From Acidobacteriota bacterium (GTDB lineage Bacteria; Acidobacteriota; UBA890; WLXD01), in assembly GCA_965248695.1 (NCBI GenBank), contig CBDFKD010000002.1, forward strand, positions 4,160,001 through 4,224,000: 64,000 nucleotides of DNA, in the 5' to 3' direction. How positions within the stretch are numbered: position 1 is the stretch's first letter; each line of letters starts with the position of its first letter. Made by a program: the position numbers and the translations under genes. The notes beneath the pieces are model-generated. The model was not told the origin of the DNA, ran no database searches, and saw only the letters and a list, made by a program, of their open reading frames with translations. Shown in pieces: positions 30,421 to 41,262 of this stretch.

Positions 30421-33231
30421 GTGCGCAAGCCAGCTGACCGCAGGCAAGTCGTTCTGATCGGCCTGTTCTTCTTCCTGCTGTCGTTGCTTTTCACGTATCC
30501 CGTGTGGACGCGACCGAACTCGGTGCTCAACGAGGTTCTGGATGTCGCGCTGAACACGTGGATCCTGGCCTGGGATGCGCACGCCCTCCTGCATCAGCCG
30601 CTGGAGCTGTTCAACGCTAACATGTTCTTCCCGCACGAACGCACGCTGGCGTTCTCGGAGAACATGCTCGGATCGGCCATCGCCGTGGCGCCGCTGAACT
30701 GGTGGGGCAAGCCGCTGCTGGCATACAACGTCGTGCTGTTCGCCTCGTTTCTACTCTCGGGCGTGGCGACGACACTGTGGGTGCGGGGGATCTCCGGGAG
30801 CCTGCTGGCGGGGCTCGTCGCCGGGTTCGTCTGGGCCTTCGCGCCGGTCAAGTTCGACCACCTGGCGCACCTTCAGTTGCTCACCGGCCAATGGATCCCG
30901 TTCACGCTGCTCGCCATCGCCCGCTATTTCGACAGCGGTAGGCGACGCTACGCGGTAGCGGCCGGCGGTTTCTTTGGCCTGCAGTACCTGTCGGGGATCT
31001 ACCTCGGATTGATGTTCCTGCCGTTCGCCCTGATCTACGCCGGGCTTCTGTTCTTGCATCGTAGGGCCACCGGGCAGATCTCCGTGGATCGCCGGTTCCT
31101 GCACGATGGGCTCATTGCGGCGACGATCGCCGCCGTCCTGGTGGTACCGATCAGTCTGCCGTACCTACAGGTGAGCGCCGCCGAGGGGTTCCAGCGCGAC
31201 CTGCGCCAAACCAGCGGTGCAACGATACAAGCCTATCTGTCGGCGAGCTGGCACAACCGTGCGCCTCATATGAGGGCGTTGACCGTCACCTACAACGCGG
31301 CCGAGGCCAACTTCTTCCCCGGCGTTGTGCCTTCGGCATTGTTCATCGCCGGGCTCCTGTTGTTGCTACCAAGGGCGTGTCGTCAGCGCTGGCCCGGGGA
31401 CGTTGCCGCTGCGTCCGGATCGGGCGGCGCCCGATCGCCTGGCAGACCCCGGGGTCCGCCGCCCGACTCTGAGGCGCCAGCGGTGACCGAGGAGGAGCCA
31501 CCCCCGGTGGCTCGGCGGCTCCTGTGGTTGGCGCTCGCTGCCAGTATGTTGCTCGGTGCGCTGCACATCGCCGGCTTCCTGGTTGCGAGCTGGTCGACAA
31601 GTCCGTCAGCGTTCGACGTGGTGCTCGACCTTTGCGAGCGTCTCCACCCTTCGTCGTGGCTCGTGCTGACATCGGGAATCGCCATAACGCTCTGGTTGCG
31701 GTACCGGCCAGCGTTGCCGGCGGCGGCGGCCCACTACACGATCCTGGGCTTCATGCTTCTGATCAGCTACCTACTGGCGTTCGGACCGAGGGTCGTCGGC
31801 TGGGACGCGGATCTGGGCATGGGCCCGTACCGCGTTCTCTACGAGCTCGCGCCCTATCGGAGCATCCGCGCCGTGGGTCGGTTTGGCCTGCTGTGGACCT
31901 TGTTCTTCGCCGCCATGCTGGGCTTTGGCCTGGAGGCGTGGCGCGAGTCGCTGCGAGCGCGGGCGAGAATCGATGCCTGGCGCCGCATCCGGGTCGCGGC
32001 AGTCGTCCTGCTGGGGGCAGGGCTGCTGTATGAGTACCGGGTATGGCCGCTGTCGACGGTGGAGGCATCGCCGTCGTCGTCACCCGTCGACGTTTGGCTC
32101 GCGGAGCAGCCGCAAGGCACTTCCATTGTTCATGTGCCCCTGGTTCCCGGAGGCTTCCCGCCATACGTGGCCGGCTATCTCCTGCGCTCGACACTGCACT
32201 TTCAGCCCTTGGTCAACGGCTACAGCGGCTTCTTCCCGGTGTCCTGGAACGCACTGGCCGCGACGGACGACCTCAGCGAAGAGTTCTTCGACCTCCTGAG
32301 GAGTCACTTCCCGGTCGACTATCTGATCGTCCACGGTGATCAGTACGGTGGTGAGTTCGACTCCGAGCTAGCGCCGCGATTGCTCGCTCATCGTGACCTG
32401 GACCTGGTGGAGCGGCTGGACGACGCGTTGGTGTTCGAGGTCCGACGAGACCGCGACACCGGTACCGAGGTCTCGCGGCGCTTCGCCCGGGCACAGCTGC
32501 GCGCGGTATCCAGTATCTCCTTTCAGGCGCGGATCGAGACTCCGGCCCCCGGTAGGTCGCCTGTGCTGCGCGTCGGCTGGGGCGACGCTACGCCGGAGAC
32601 GCTCGAGCTGGATACAAGCTGGCGCCGGTTCCGGTTGCCGGTTCCGGCCGCTGGCGAGTTGGACCCGGACGGCACCGCCACCCTCCGATTCAGGGCCGGC
32701 TATGCCATGGGCGCCTCCTTTCCGGGCGCCGGGATCGGATCGAGCGCGCGGCGGCTGCGCGCTGACGTCCTGCTCGACATCCAGCGACGTGGCGTCAACC
32801 TGGCGATCAACGATGTGTGGCTCGATTCCATGAACGATTTCGGCATCCAGGCCTACCACCTCGGGGAGCGTGGGGATCGGCTCGTGACCATGGCCACCTT
32901 CTTTGCGCACGATCTCCAGGACGACGCACTCGTGGCCTTCCTCGACTCGGTGCCCGACGGTGGCGCGGTAGCGCTCGGCATTCGCTACCCGGTGAGTCTG
33001 CAGCTGTCGCCGGCGGTCGCTGCGGCACTGCGTCAGCTGGGCTCGTCACTGCACGCAGGTGACTCGGTCCGCAAGTACGCGCTCATCGGTGCCCGTGGCA
33101 TCGCGCCGGGGGCCGCCGCAGAGCAGGTCGGGCAGTCGCGCGCCTATGCCTTGGTCGGCGAGGCCGGGCACCTACGACCGGTGTCGCTGCGCGGTATTCG
33201 GCTGATCAGTCGTCGCGCAGTGCTTCGATAG
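30421..33231 (+). CDS. Multi-pass GT-C-like membrane protein (YfhO-like) with periplasmic C-terminal domains
   Basis: NTWILAW...LFNANMFFP...LAFSE, more than 10 TM segments, IRAVGRF, PLVNGYSGFFP, ILEI-like tail. Confidence 0.75.
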   Translation: MRKPADRRQVVLIGLFFFLLSLLFTYPVWTRPNSVLNEVLDVALNTWILAWDAHALLHQPLELFNANMFFPHERTLAFSENMLGSAIAVAPLNWWGKPLLAYNVVLFASFLLSGVATTLWVRGISGSLLAGLVAGFVWAFAPVKFDHLAHLQLLTGQWIPFTLLAIARYFDSGRRRYAVAAGGFFGLQYLSGIYLGLMFLPFALIYAGLLFLHRRATGQISVDRRFLHDGLIAATIAAVLVVPISLPYLQVSAAEGFQRDLRQTSGATIQAYLSASWHNRAPHMRALTVTYNAAEANFFPGVVPSALFIAGLLLLLPRACRQRWPGDVAAASGSGGARSPGRPRGPPPDSEAPAVTEEEPPPVARRLLWLALAASMLLGALHIAGFLVASWSTSPSAFDVVLDLCERLHPSSWLVLTSGIAITLWLRYRPALPAAAAHYTILGFMLLISYLLAFGPRVVGWDADLGMGPYRVLYELAPYRSIRAVGRFGLLWTLFFAAMLGFGLEAWRESLRARARIDAWRRIRVAAVVLLGAGLLYEYRVWPLSTVEASPSSSPVDVWLAEQPQGTSIVHVPLVPGGFPPYVAGYLLRSTLHFQPLVNGYSGFFPVSWNALAATDDLSEEFFDLLRSHFPVDYLIVHGDQYGGEFDSELAPRLLAHRDLDLVERLDDALVFEVRRDRDTGTEVSRRFARAQLRAVSSISFQARIETPAPGRSPVLRVGWGDATPETLELDTSWRRFRLPVPAAGELDPDGTATLRFRAGYAMGASFPGAGIGSSARRLRADVLLDIQRRGVNLAINDVWLDSMNDFGIQAYHLGERGDRLVTMATFFAHDLQDDALVAFLDSVPDGGAVALGIRYPVSLQLSPAVAAALRQLGSSLHAGDSVRKYALIGARGIAPGAAAEQVGQSRAYALVGEAGHLRPVSLRGIRLISRRAVLR

Positions 33232-35886
33232 GGTCGATGCGGGTCGCCCGCCGAGCTGGCACGGCGCTGGCGATGAACGCCACCACGAGTAGCAGCGACG
33301 CCACTGCGGCGAAGGTTGTCGGATCGCTGCTGTCGACCCCGTAGAGGAGGCTCGACATCAACCGGGTTAGCGCCAGCGCGCCGAGTAGGCCGAGGGTGAT
33401 GCCGGCGCCGATCATCAACCCCGTGCGGGCCAGGATCATGCGCATCACGTCGCTGCTGCGGGCGCCGAGTGCCATCCTCACGCCGATCTGGCGCGTTTGC
33501 TGCGTGACCCAGTAGGAGATCACGCCGTAGAGACCGGTGACCGCGAGAATCAGCGCGATGCCGGCGAACAGAGCCAGCAACGTGAGGTTGAAGCGCCGAG
33601 CCCGGGTGGTGCCCTGTACGTGCGCGCTGAGCGCCCCGAGCGAAGCGATCGGCAAGTCTGCATCGATGGCCCACAGCTCGCCGCGCACCGCCGCCGCCAG
33701 GGCCAGAGGATCACCTGACGTCCTCACTACGAACGACAGGGTGCCTCGCGGGCCCTGGTCGTACACTGTGAACACTTCCGGCTCGATAGGCTGGTCGAGA
33801 GTCCGCGGTGTCGGTTGCCGGCCACGACGCCGATGATGCGGCCCCAGGGCAGGTCGGGATCGGGGTCCTCCTCGGTAACGTAGGAATCCGGGATTCCATA
33901 CAGGAGTCCCTGTCCGACCGGGTCTTCGCCGGGGAAGTACGCCTGCGCGAGCACGTCGTTGATTATCACGACGAACTCCGCGTCGCGGGTGTCATTGTCG
34001 TCGAACGCCCGGCCCGCCACCTGCGAAATGCCCATGGTGCGGAAGTAGCCGGGAGTGACGATGTTCATCTTCACCTCCCGCAGCTGCGACCGTTCCTGGG
34101 GCGGGCGGCCCTCGATGGTGAATGGGCCGGAGCTGTAGTTGACTCCCAGGGGCAAGCTGCTGACGGCTGCCACGGAATCGACCCCGGGCAACGTCCCCAG
34201 GCGCCGCAGTGCTTCCTCGAAATAGCCGCGAGCGTCGTCGCCTGATTGATAGCTGGGACCGCTCAACGAGACGCGGAAGGTAAGCACGCTCTCGGAGTCG
34301 AACCCTGGACCATGGTCGATGAGGGCCGAGTAGCTCCGCAACAGCAGCCCGGCACTGGTCACCAGCACCAGTGCGATGGCGATCTCGGCAATGGCGAGTC
34401 CGGTGCGCATTCGCCCCACCGCTCGGCTAGAGTCGGCACCACCACTCCGTTCACCCAGTACGCGAGCCAGATCGGTTCCGGCAGCGTGCAGCGCCGGGGC
34501 GAGGCCGAAGATCAGGCCGGTAAGCGTCGCCGCGGCCAGCGTGAACCAGAGAACCGGCCACTGCAGCCCCACCTCTGCGAGTCGCGGCAGGTCGGGCTCC
34601 ATCGCGCGCAGCAGGCGCACACCCCCGTAGGCGACGAGAAGACCCAGAATCGCCCCGGCCAGCGACAGCATGATGCTCTCGCTCAGCACCTGCCCCAGCA
34701 AGCGCCGGCGTCCCGCTCCAAGCGCGGCTCGAATTGCCATCTCCCGCCGTCGGGTCGTGGCGCGTACCAGCATCAAGTTGGCGACGTTGGCACAGCAGAT
34801 CAGCAGCACCATGCCCACGGCGCCGAGCAGAACGAACAACGCCGGGCGCACGTCGCCCACGACCTCGTCATACACGGGCACGATGTTGACCCCGTAGCCG
34901 GTGTTGTAGTCCGGGTACTCCTGTGCGAGTCGATCGCCAACGCGATCGAGATCCGCCTGCGCCTGGGCGCGCGTGACGCCCGAATTCAGCCGCCCGACCA
35001 CTTGAAGGAACAGCTGCCCGCGTCCGGATTCCTGAATGTCGCTTCCGAAAAGACGCCAGTGCTGTGCGTCCTCCACCATGTAGTGGAAGCCCGGCGGCAT
35101 GACGCCGACGACCGTGTGGGCGATGCCGTTGAGCTCGATCGAGGTACCGAGTATCCCGGCATCGCCGGCGAACCGCCGTTGCCACGAACCGTGGCTGAGC
35201 ACCACGACGCGCTCGTCGGTGCTCCAGTCGGAGTCGGCAAAGCCACGCCCCATGCGGGGCTGCACGCCGAGGATGTCGAAGAACGAGGCGGATACCACCT
35301 GCGAGCTGACGCGCTCTGGATCGCCCGACCCTGTGAGGTTGTCGTCGGTGGGCACGATGGCCGCCATGTCGACAAAGGTCGTATTCATGTCGCGCCAGTC
35401 GGTGAAGTTGTCCCACGACGTGACGTCCTGGTGCCAACCCTGGAGGTTGTTGTCCAGCCAGACGGTCATCAGCTCGTTCGGCTGCGGGTAGGCCAGCGGG
35501 TTGAGCAGCACCCCGTACACGACGCTGAAGATCGACGCGTTGGCGCCAATGCCCAGGGCCAGCGCCAGCAGCGCGGTGAGGGTCACCGCTGGTTGCTTGA
35601 GCCAGGAGCGCAGGGTGAACCGGAAGCTCTGTATGGCGTTGTCCATGAGGGTTCCGCGGCGGGGATTCTGAGGCGGGACAGGGTAGGGGCGGCGGGCCTC
35701 TCGCAGCGAGCCGATGACGTTGCGCCAGTAGCGCAGGTGCGCGGCGCGGCGGCCGAGGCGCGGCAGGTGGTCGGTGTGGAACTCCTCCTCGATGTCGCCG
35801 AGAATGAACTCGCGGGCGTCGCCGTGCACCAGAAGCCGGAACAGCAACCGCGCCAGGCGCGAGGGACGCTGCATCGGTGGCGGCAC
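33206..35886 (-). pseudogene. ADOP-type permease with N-terminal extension, apparent frameshift at about 33797-33801
   Basis: Removing 2 nt from GGACTCTCGAC (minus strand) gives ...RHRGLDQPIEPEVFTVY and a complete permease ending PARRATRIDPIEALR. Confidence 0.85.
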
Positions 35887-35909
35887 CTAGATTCCCCTGT
35901 TACCGGCCA

Positions 35910-36266
35910 CTAGTCGTCCGCCTGCATCTCGCCGGCGGCCGCCAGCGTCGCAAGTCGTCCGGTTAGCCCGCTCGACATGTCGCGCACGTTCACGAACGCT
36001 CGTTGTAGCGCTGCGGCGCCGGTCGATTCCAGGCGGTAGTACTTGCGCCGGCGCCCACCACGCTGCGGGGTGGTCTCACCGACGCGCGAGGTCACCAGAC
36101 CGCGCGCCTCCAGACGCCCGAGCGCGGTGTAGACCGCCCCAGACGTAACCGGGCGCCCGGTGCGCTCCTCGATCTCCTGGCGAACGGAGAGTCCGTAAGC
36201 ACGCTCGCCAAGGCGCAGCAATGCGAAGAGGATCAGCTGTTCAAACTCGCCGAGGTGGTTGGACAC
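35910..36266 (-). CDS. PadR-family regulator
   Basis: LGEFEQLILFALLRL..AYG...EIEERTGR.V..GAVYTAL.RLE..G...GGRRRKYY. GGAG lies upstream of the GTG at 36266. Confidence 0.92.
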   Translation of the reverse strand: MSNHLGEFEQLILFALLRLGERAYGLSVRQEIEERTGRPVTSGAVYTALGRLEARGLVTSRVGETTPQRGGRRRKYYRLESTGAAALQRAFVNVRDMSSGLTGRLATLAAAGEMQADD

Positions 36267-36279
36267 GGGGGATTCTCCA

Positions 36280-36327
36280 CAAAAACCACAGTGTGGTATT
36301 TGAACAATAGTCACACTGTAGTTTTTG
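36280..36327. promoter_or_regulatory. Inverted repeat, putative PadR operator
   Basis: CAAAAACCACAGTGTG (36280-95), 16-bp spacer, CACACTGTAGTTTTTG (36312-27). One mismatch. Confidence 0.65.
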
Positions 36328-36442
36328 ATGGGCCGCGGCGCAAGGACGAGGGGGGTAGGTAAGGCCTCCAGTAGCCTTGGTCAGGCACGAACTGCCGGAG
36401 CGCGTGAGAGCAATCGAGCAAGGCTCGTCCAGCGATCGGCGG

Positions 36443-36859
36443 CTAGGCGATGACGGTGAGCCCGAGGGCGCGGAAGTCGCGGTCGAACGTCAAGCACGGA
36501 ATCCCGTCGAGCAGGGTCGTGATCACGACGAACGAGACCGCGTCGCACATCGATAGATGCCGGTCGCTGCCGTAGAGCCGAAAAACCTCGATCGCCTCGG
36601 TGTGCAGTGCATCGCCAGAAGACAGTATGCGCAGCCTCGGCACGAGCTCCGCCAGGAACGTGCAGGAGGCGTCGTACGAGGCGCGATAGCGGAGAAGAGT
36701 GGCCGTTTCGCTGATTACGTCCCACGTGGTCACGAAGGAGGTGGCGGCCATGGCGGCGTGCTGGAGGATCTCCGCGGCGCGCGCGTGATGGTGATCCCGC
36801 CCGTCCAGACAGGCGTAGAAGAACGACGTGTCGCAGAACACCCGTGGCGGCATCTTCAC
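36443..36859 (-). CDS. vapC: VapC PIN-domain toxin
   Basis: FCDTSFFYA..D.RD.HH, VISET.TLL, LSMCDAVSF, LTFDRDF..LG. Confidence 0.9.
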   Translation of the reverse strand: MKMPPRVFCDTSFFYACLDGRDHHHARAAEILQHAAMAATSFVTTWDVISETATLLRYRASYDASCTFLAELVPRLRILSSGDALHTEAIEVFRLYGSDRHLSMCDAVSFVVITTLLDGIPCLTFDRDFRALGLTVIA

Positions 36860-37131
36860 GGATCGTCGGGCCCGTGGCGGTCCCCGCCGTACAGAACCTC
36901 CTTGACGCGGCCCGCGATGTTTCGTTTCGGGCCCTCGTGCTCGGGCATGTCAGCAATCAGCTCCAGCAGCTTCTGGGCGGCGGCGCCCGCCGGCGGCTCG
37001 TTGTCAGATGCGCGGAGCTCGGCCACCAGATTGCCGTGCACCGTGATCTGGATACGCAACTCAGGATCCTCTCTGACCCGTCGGACCAGCTCGGGAAGCC
37101 GCTGTCTTGCTTCGCTCACGGACAGTTCCAT
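36856..37131 (-). CDS. Phd/YefM-type antitoxin
   Basis: MELSVSEARQRLPELVRRV....IQITVHG.LVAEL. Overlaps the toxin start. Confidence 0.85.
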   Translation of the reverse strand: MELSVSEARQRLPELVRRVREDPELRIQITVHGNLVAELRASDNEPPAGAAAQKLLELIADMPEHEGPKRNIAGRVKEVLYGGDRHGPDDP

Positions 37132-37139
37132 TCTGAAAT

Positions 37140-37178
37140 TGTACTGATATGTACGATAGATGTACAAGTGAGCGTACA
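37140..37178. promoter_or_regulatory. Repeated GTAC/TGTACA sites, putative Phd/YefM operator
   Basis: TGTAC at 37140 and 37150, TGTACA at 37161, CGTACA at 37173, roughly one helical turn apart. Confidence 0.6.
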
Positions 37179-37364
37179 TACGTGAGCCCTGCTTCATCCC
37201 ATAGACGGCAACGCGCCGTGTGATACCCGTCCCATGACTCGCCGTTGCCGCGCTCCCAAAGGCCACCGCGGCGACGCTTGACGTGGCTGCAGTCGAGCGT
37301 CACGCTCGCTCGTGCAACTCGACGCAAGAGGCGAAATCCGACACCCGGCGAGACGAGGCGATCC

Positions 37365-38612
37365 GTGGGAAGAGCTTTGGATGGCGTGCGCATCCTCGAT
37401 ATGACCCATGTGCAGTCAGGACCGACATGCACCCAGATCCTGGCGTGGTTCGGCGCCGACGTCATCAAGGTGGAGCGGCCCGGCTCCGGCGACGCGACCC
37501 GCGGCCAGCTGCGCGACATCCCCGATGTCGACAGCCTGTACTTCACGATGCTCAACTCCAACAAGCGCAGCATCACGTTGAATCCCAAGACCGAAGCCGG
37601 CAACGCCATCTTTGCCAAATTGATCGAGGCATGCGACGTGCTGGTGGAGAACTTCGCGCCCGGGGCCATCGATCGCATGGGTTTTCCGTGGGACAAGATC
37701 CAGCAGATCAATCCGCGTCTGATCTACGCCTCGGTGAAAGGGTTCGGCCCCGGTCCGTTCGAGGAGTGCAAGGTCTACGAGAACGTCGCTCAATGCACCG
37801 GCGGCGCCGTCTCGACCACCGGCGAGATCGATCGCGTGCCGACGGTCACCGGCGCCCAGATCGGCGACTCGGGCACCGGGATGCACCTGGTGGCGGGGAT
37901 CTTGGCAGCCCTGTTCCAGCGTGAGACGTCGGGTAGGGGACAGCGCGTCTCATGCGCCATGCAGGATGCCGTGCTGAACCTCTGCCGGGTCAAGCTCCGC
38001 GACCAGCAGCGTCTGGCCCACGGGCCGCTAAAGGAGTACCCGCAATATCCGGCGGGTACCTTCGGCGATGCCGTGCCGCGCGCCGGCAATGCCTCGGGAG
38101 GCGGCCAGCCCGGCTGGATTCTCAAGTGCAAGGGATGGGAGACCGACCCGGATGCCTACATCTACGTGATCACCCAGGCGGCGGCGTTTCCGGCACTCGC
38201 CAAGGCGATCGGTCACGAGGAATGGAACGACGATCCGGAGTGGAACACCCCGGCGGCGCGCATACCCAAGCTCGAGGAGATGTTCGCCGAGATCGAAAAG
38301 TGGACCATGACCAAGGACAAGATGCAGGCCATGGACATCCTCAACCCGCTCAACGTGCCCTGTGGCCCGGTACTGTCGATGAAGGAGCTCGCCGACGAGC
38401 CCACTTTGCGCGAGACGGGAACCGTCGTCGAGGTCGACCATCCGGAACGCGGCCCCTACCTGACCGTGGGCAACCCGATAAAGCTCTCCGACTCGCCCTC
38501 CGACGTCGACCGGTCGCCGTTGTTGGGCGAGCACACCGAGGAGATTCTCAGGACCGTCGTCGGTCTCGATGACAGCGAGATCGCGGACGCGCGCGAGCAG
38601 GGCGCGATCTGA
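37365..38612 (+). CDS. frc: Formyl-CoA:oxalate CoA-transferase
   Basis: [61 protein letters not shown]. Confidence 0.95.
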   Translation: MGRALDGVRILDMTHVQSGPTCTQILAWFGADVIKVERPGSGDATRGQLRDIPDVDSLYFTMLNSNKRSITLNPKTEAGNAIFAKLIEACDVLVENFAPGAIDRMGFPWDKIQQINPRLIYASVKGFGPGPFEECKVYENVAQCTGGAVSTTGEIDRVPTVTGAQIGDSGTGMHLVAGILAALFQRETSGRGQRVSCAMQDAVLNLCRVKLRDQQRLAHGPLKEYPQYPAGTFGDAVPRAGNASGGGQPGWILKCKGWETDPDAYIYVITQAAAFPALAKAIGHEEWNDDPEWNTPAARIPKLEEMFAEIEKWTMTKDKMQAMDILNPLNVPCGPVLSMKELADEPTLRETGTVVEVDHPERGPYLTVGNPIKLSDSPSDVDRSPLLGEHTEEILRTVVGLDDSEIADAREQGAI

Positions 38613-39673
38613 TGAAGCACGACGTGCTCATTCTCGGCGCTTCGTACGGTTCGCTGCTCGGCACCAAGACGCTGCTGGCCGGGCACTCGGTGACGCTGGT
38701 CTGTACCGCGCCCACCGCAGCGCTGATCAACGATGCCGGAACCACCGTCCGCTTGCCGATTCGCGGCCGAGAAGGGTTGGTGGAAATCGCCTCGGGGGGC
38801 TGTAGCGGCGAGCTGTCGGCGAGCGTGCCCGACGACGTCGATCCTGGTGCGTTTTGCCTGGTGGTGCTAGCCATGCAGGAGGCGCAGTACGGAGCTCCGG
38901 GGGTTCGTGAGCTCATGCAGCGCATTGCCGCGGCGCGGGTGCCGAGCCTGGCGATCATGAACATGCCGCCACTCCCCTATCTCGAGCGCGTTCCCGGCCT
39001 CGATACCGAACCGCTGGTGCAGTGTTACACCGACGCCACCGTCTGGGAGGGCTTCGAGCCCGGCCTGGTAACCCTAGCAAGCCCGGACCCCCAGGCGTTC
39101 CGCCCGCCGGACGAGCCGAAGAACGTCCTCCAGGTTGGCCTGCCGACAAACTTCAAGAGCGCCGCCTTCGAGGCCCACGGGCACACCGCCATGCTGCGCG
39201 ACATCGAGGCCGACATCCTCGCCATCCGCCACGATCCCGGTGACGGCGCCATCGAGTTGCCGGTGAAGCTCCGCGTGCACGATTCGCTCTTCGTACCGCT
39301 GGCCAAATGGCCGATGCTGATGGCCGGCAACTACCGCTGTATCCGTCGCGACGACATGATCTCCATCCGCGACGCGGTGCACGGGGATCTCGACTTGTCG
39401 CGCCAGACGTACGACTGGACCCGACAGCTCTGCACCAGTCTGGGCGCAGCCGACACCGACATGGTGCCGTTCGAGAAGTACGCCAGGGCGGCCGAAGGGT
39501 TGCTCAAACCCTCGTCGGCAGCGCGCGCGCTGTTCGGCGGCGCCAAGCACATCGAGCGGGTCGACTGCCTGGTGCGCCAGATTGCCCAGCAGCAAGGTAT
39601 GCAGTCGGAGACGGTCGACGAGATCGTGACGCTGGTGGACCAGCGCCTGGAAGCCAACCGCGCCGCCGAATGA
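38612..39673 (+). CDS. Ketopantoate-reductase-like Rossmann protein of the kind seen beside oxalate catabolism genes
   Basis: ILGASYGSLL, LAMQEAQY, IMNMPP, SPDPQAFRP, VPFEKY. TGATG coupling to frc. Confidence 0.75.
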   Translation: MKHDVLILGASYGSLLGTKTLLAGHSVTLVCTAPTAALINDAGTTVRLPIRGREGLVEIASGGCSGELSASVPDDVDPGAFCLVVLAMQEAQYGAPGVRELMQRIAAARVPSLAIMNMPPLPYLERVPGLDTEPLVQCYTDATVWEGFEPGLVTLASPDPQAFRPPDEPKNVLQVGLPTNFKSAAFEAHGHTAMLRDIEADILAIRHDPGDGAIELPVKLRVHDSLFVPLAKWPMLMAGNYRCIRRDDMISIRDAVHGDLDLSRQTYDWTRQLCTSLGAADTDMVPFEKYARAAEGLLKPSSAARALFGGAKHIERVDCLVRQIAQQQGMQSETVDEIVTLVDQRLEANRAAE

Positions 39674-40668
39674 AGGCCGTGTTGCTGGATGGGTTCGGCG
39701 GCACCGACGTGCTGCGCGTCGGTGAGGCCGAGCGGCCCGCCGCGGGCCCGGGACAGGTGTTGATCAAGGTGGTGGCCAGCTCGGTCAACCGTCCCGACAT
39801 CATGCAGCGTCAGGGTAGCTATCCGCCGCCGGCCGGCGAGTCGGAGATCCTCGGGCTGGAAGTGGCCGGCACGATCGAGCAGGTTGGCGCCGGAGACGAC
39901 GCCGAGGTCGGTAGCTGGAGCGTCGGTGACCGCGTCATGTGCCTGGTTGCCGGCGGCGGCTACGCCGAGTACGTGACTGCCTACGCCGGTCATCTGATCG
40001 CCATTCCCGAGACCATGAGCTTCGATGAAGCGGCCTGCGTTTGCGAGACGTACATCACCGCGTTCCTCAACATCTTCATGATCGGCGGCTTCGCCGACGG
40101 TCAAACCGCACTGTTGCATGGCGGTGGCGGCGGCGTGAACACGGCGGCGATCCAGCTCTGCCGAACGCTCGCGCCGGACTCGGAGATCATCGTCACCGCC
40201 TCGACGGGCAAGCTCGCACGCGTCGAGGCGCTTGGGGCGCATCGGGTCATCGACTACACCGAGCAGGAATTCGCGCCCGCGGTGCGCGAGTTGACGGACG
40301 GCAAGGGCGCCGACCTGATCCTTGACCACATCGGTGCCAAGTACCTCACCGCCAACCTGAAGGCTCTGGCCGTCGGCGGCACGCTCATGCTCATCGGGAT
40401 GATGGGCGGCATCAAGGCGGAGCTCAACCTGGCGCGCATGATGGTCAAGCGCCAGCGCATCATCGGCTCGGTGCTGCGCTCACGTCCCGTCGACGAGAAG
40501 GCCCGGATCACTGCGGAGTTCACGCGAACGGTGGTGCCGCGACTGGCGGACCGCACTATCGCGCCGTTGATCCATCAGGTATTCCCTCTGAAGCAGGTGA
40601 GGGAGGCGCACGACACCATGGAGCAGAGCCGTCACTTCGGCAAGATCGTGCTTTCGGTAACTTCCTGA
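39670..40668 (+). CDS. NAD(P)H-quinone oxidoreductase (PIG3/zeta-crystallin type)
   Basis: VNRPDIMQRQG.YPPP.G.SEILGLEVAG, GGGYAEY, HFGKIVL. Confidence 0.92.
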   Translation: MKAVLLDGFGGTDVLRVGEAERPAAGPGQVLIKVVASSVNRPDIMQRQGSYPPPAGESEILGLEVAGTIEQVGAGDDAEVGSWSVGDRVMCLVAGGGYAEYVTAYAGHLIAIPETMSFDEAACVCETYITAFLNIFMIGGFADGQTALLHGGGGGVNTAAIQLCRTLAPDSEIIVTASTGKLARVEALGAHRVIDYTEQEFAPAVRELTDGKGADLILDHIGAKYLTANLKALAVGGTLMLIGMMGGIKAELNLARMMVKRQRIIGSVLRSRPVDEKARITAEFTRTVVPRLADRTIAPLIHQVFPLKQVREAHDTMEQSRHFGKIVLSVTS

Positions 40669-40722
40669 CCGGCGCGCCTGCCTTGAGGCCGCCCCGGCCC
40701 CGGGACCGTCTAAGCAGACGGT

Positions 40723-40998
40723 ATGGCAGCACCGATCCTCCGATTCGTCTTCACGCCCCACGCGCGGCGGGCGATGGCGCGGCGTGGCATCACTGAGAAG
40801 GTGGTGCGATGCGTCCTCGCGGCACCCGAGCAACGGCGAAGAACCCGGGACCGGCGCACCGTCCTGCAATCCCGAATCGCACTCGGCAACACCCTATACT
40901 TGGTGCGTGTCTTTGTTGACGCGGGCTTCGATCCACCTGAGGTAGTCACTGTCTATCGAACGAGCAAGGTCGGCAAGTACTGGAGCGGCTACTCATGA
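40723..40998 (+). CDS. DUF4258-type putative toxin
   Basis: FTPHARRAMARRGIT...VVTVYRTSK..KYW. Confidence 0.8.
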   Translation: MAAPILRFVFTPHARRAMARRGITEKVVRCVLAAPEQRRRTRDRRTVLQSRIALGNTLYLVRVFVDAGFDPPEVVTVYRTSKVGKYWSGYS

Positions 40999-41195
40999 AA
41001 GTTACCTACGATACGCGGACCGACACCCTCACGTTCCTACTGAAGAACGGTACGGTGGTCGCGGAGAGCGACGAGGACAAGCCCGGGGTCATCCTCGACT
41101 ACGACACCGACGGCGATCTGGTGGCGGTCGAGATTCGGGACGCTTCCGTGCGTGTGTCTGAAGCGCACAAGGTCGAATTCCAGACGGTCGGATGA
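40995..41195 (+). CDS. DUF2283-type putative antitoxin
   Basis: MKVTYD..TDTL...ESDE.KPGVILDYD.DG.LVAVEI.DAS. ATGA overlap with the upstream gene. Confidence 0.85.
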   Translation: MKVTYDTRTDTLTFLLKNGTVVAESDEDKPGVILDYDTDGDLVAVEIRDASVRVSEAHKVEFQTVG

Positions 41196-41262
41196 AGCCT
41201 GGAGTCCGGCTGCGACGATTTCTCAGCCGGAGCGTAGCGGGTCTGAGTTGCGCACCGCCTTG

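Noticed and set aside
34246-35913. Long antisense ORFs (also 22868-24061, 25889-27121, 47697-48827 and others)
   Set aside because: Shadow frames of real genes, expected in high-GC DNA. They carry no family motifs.
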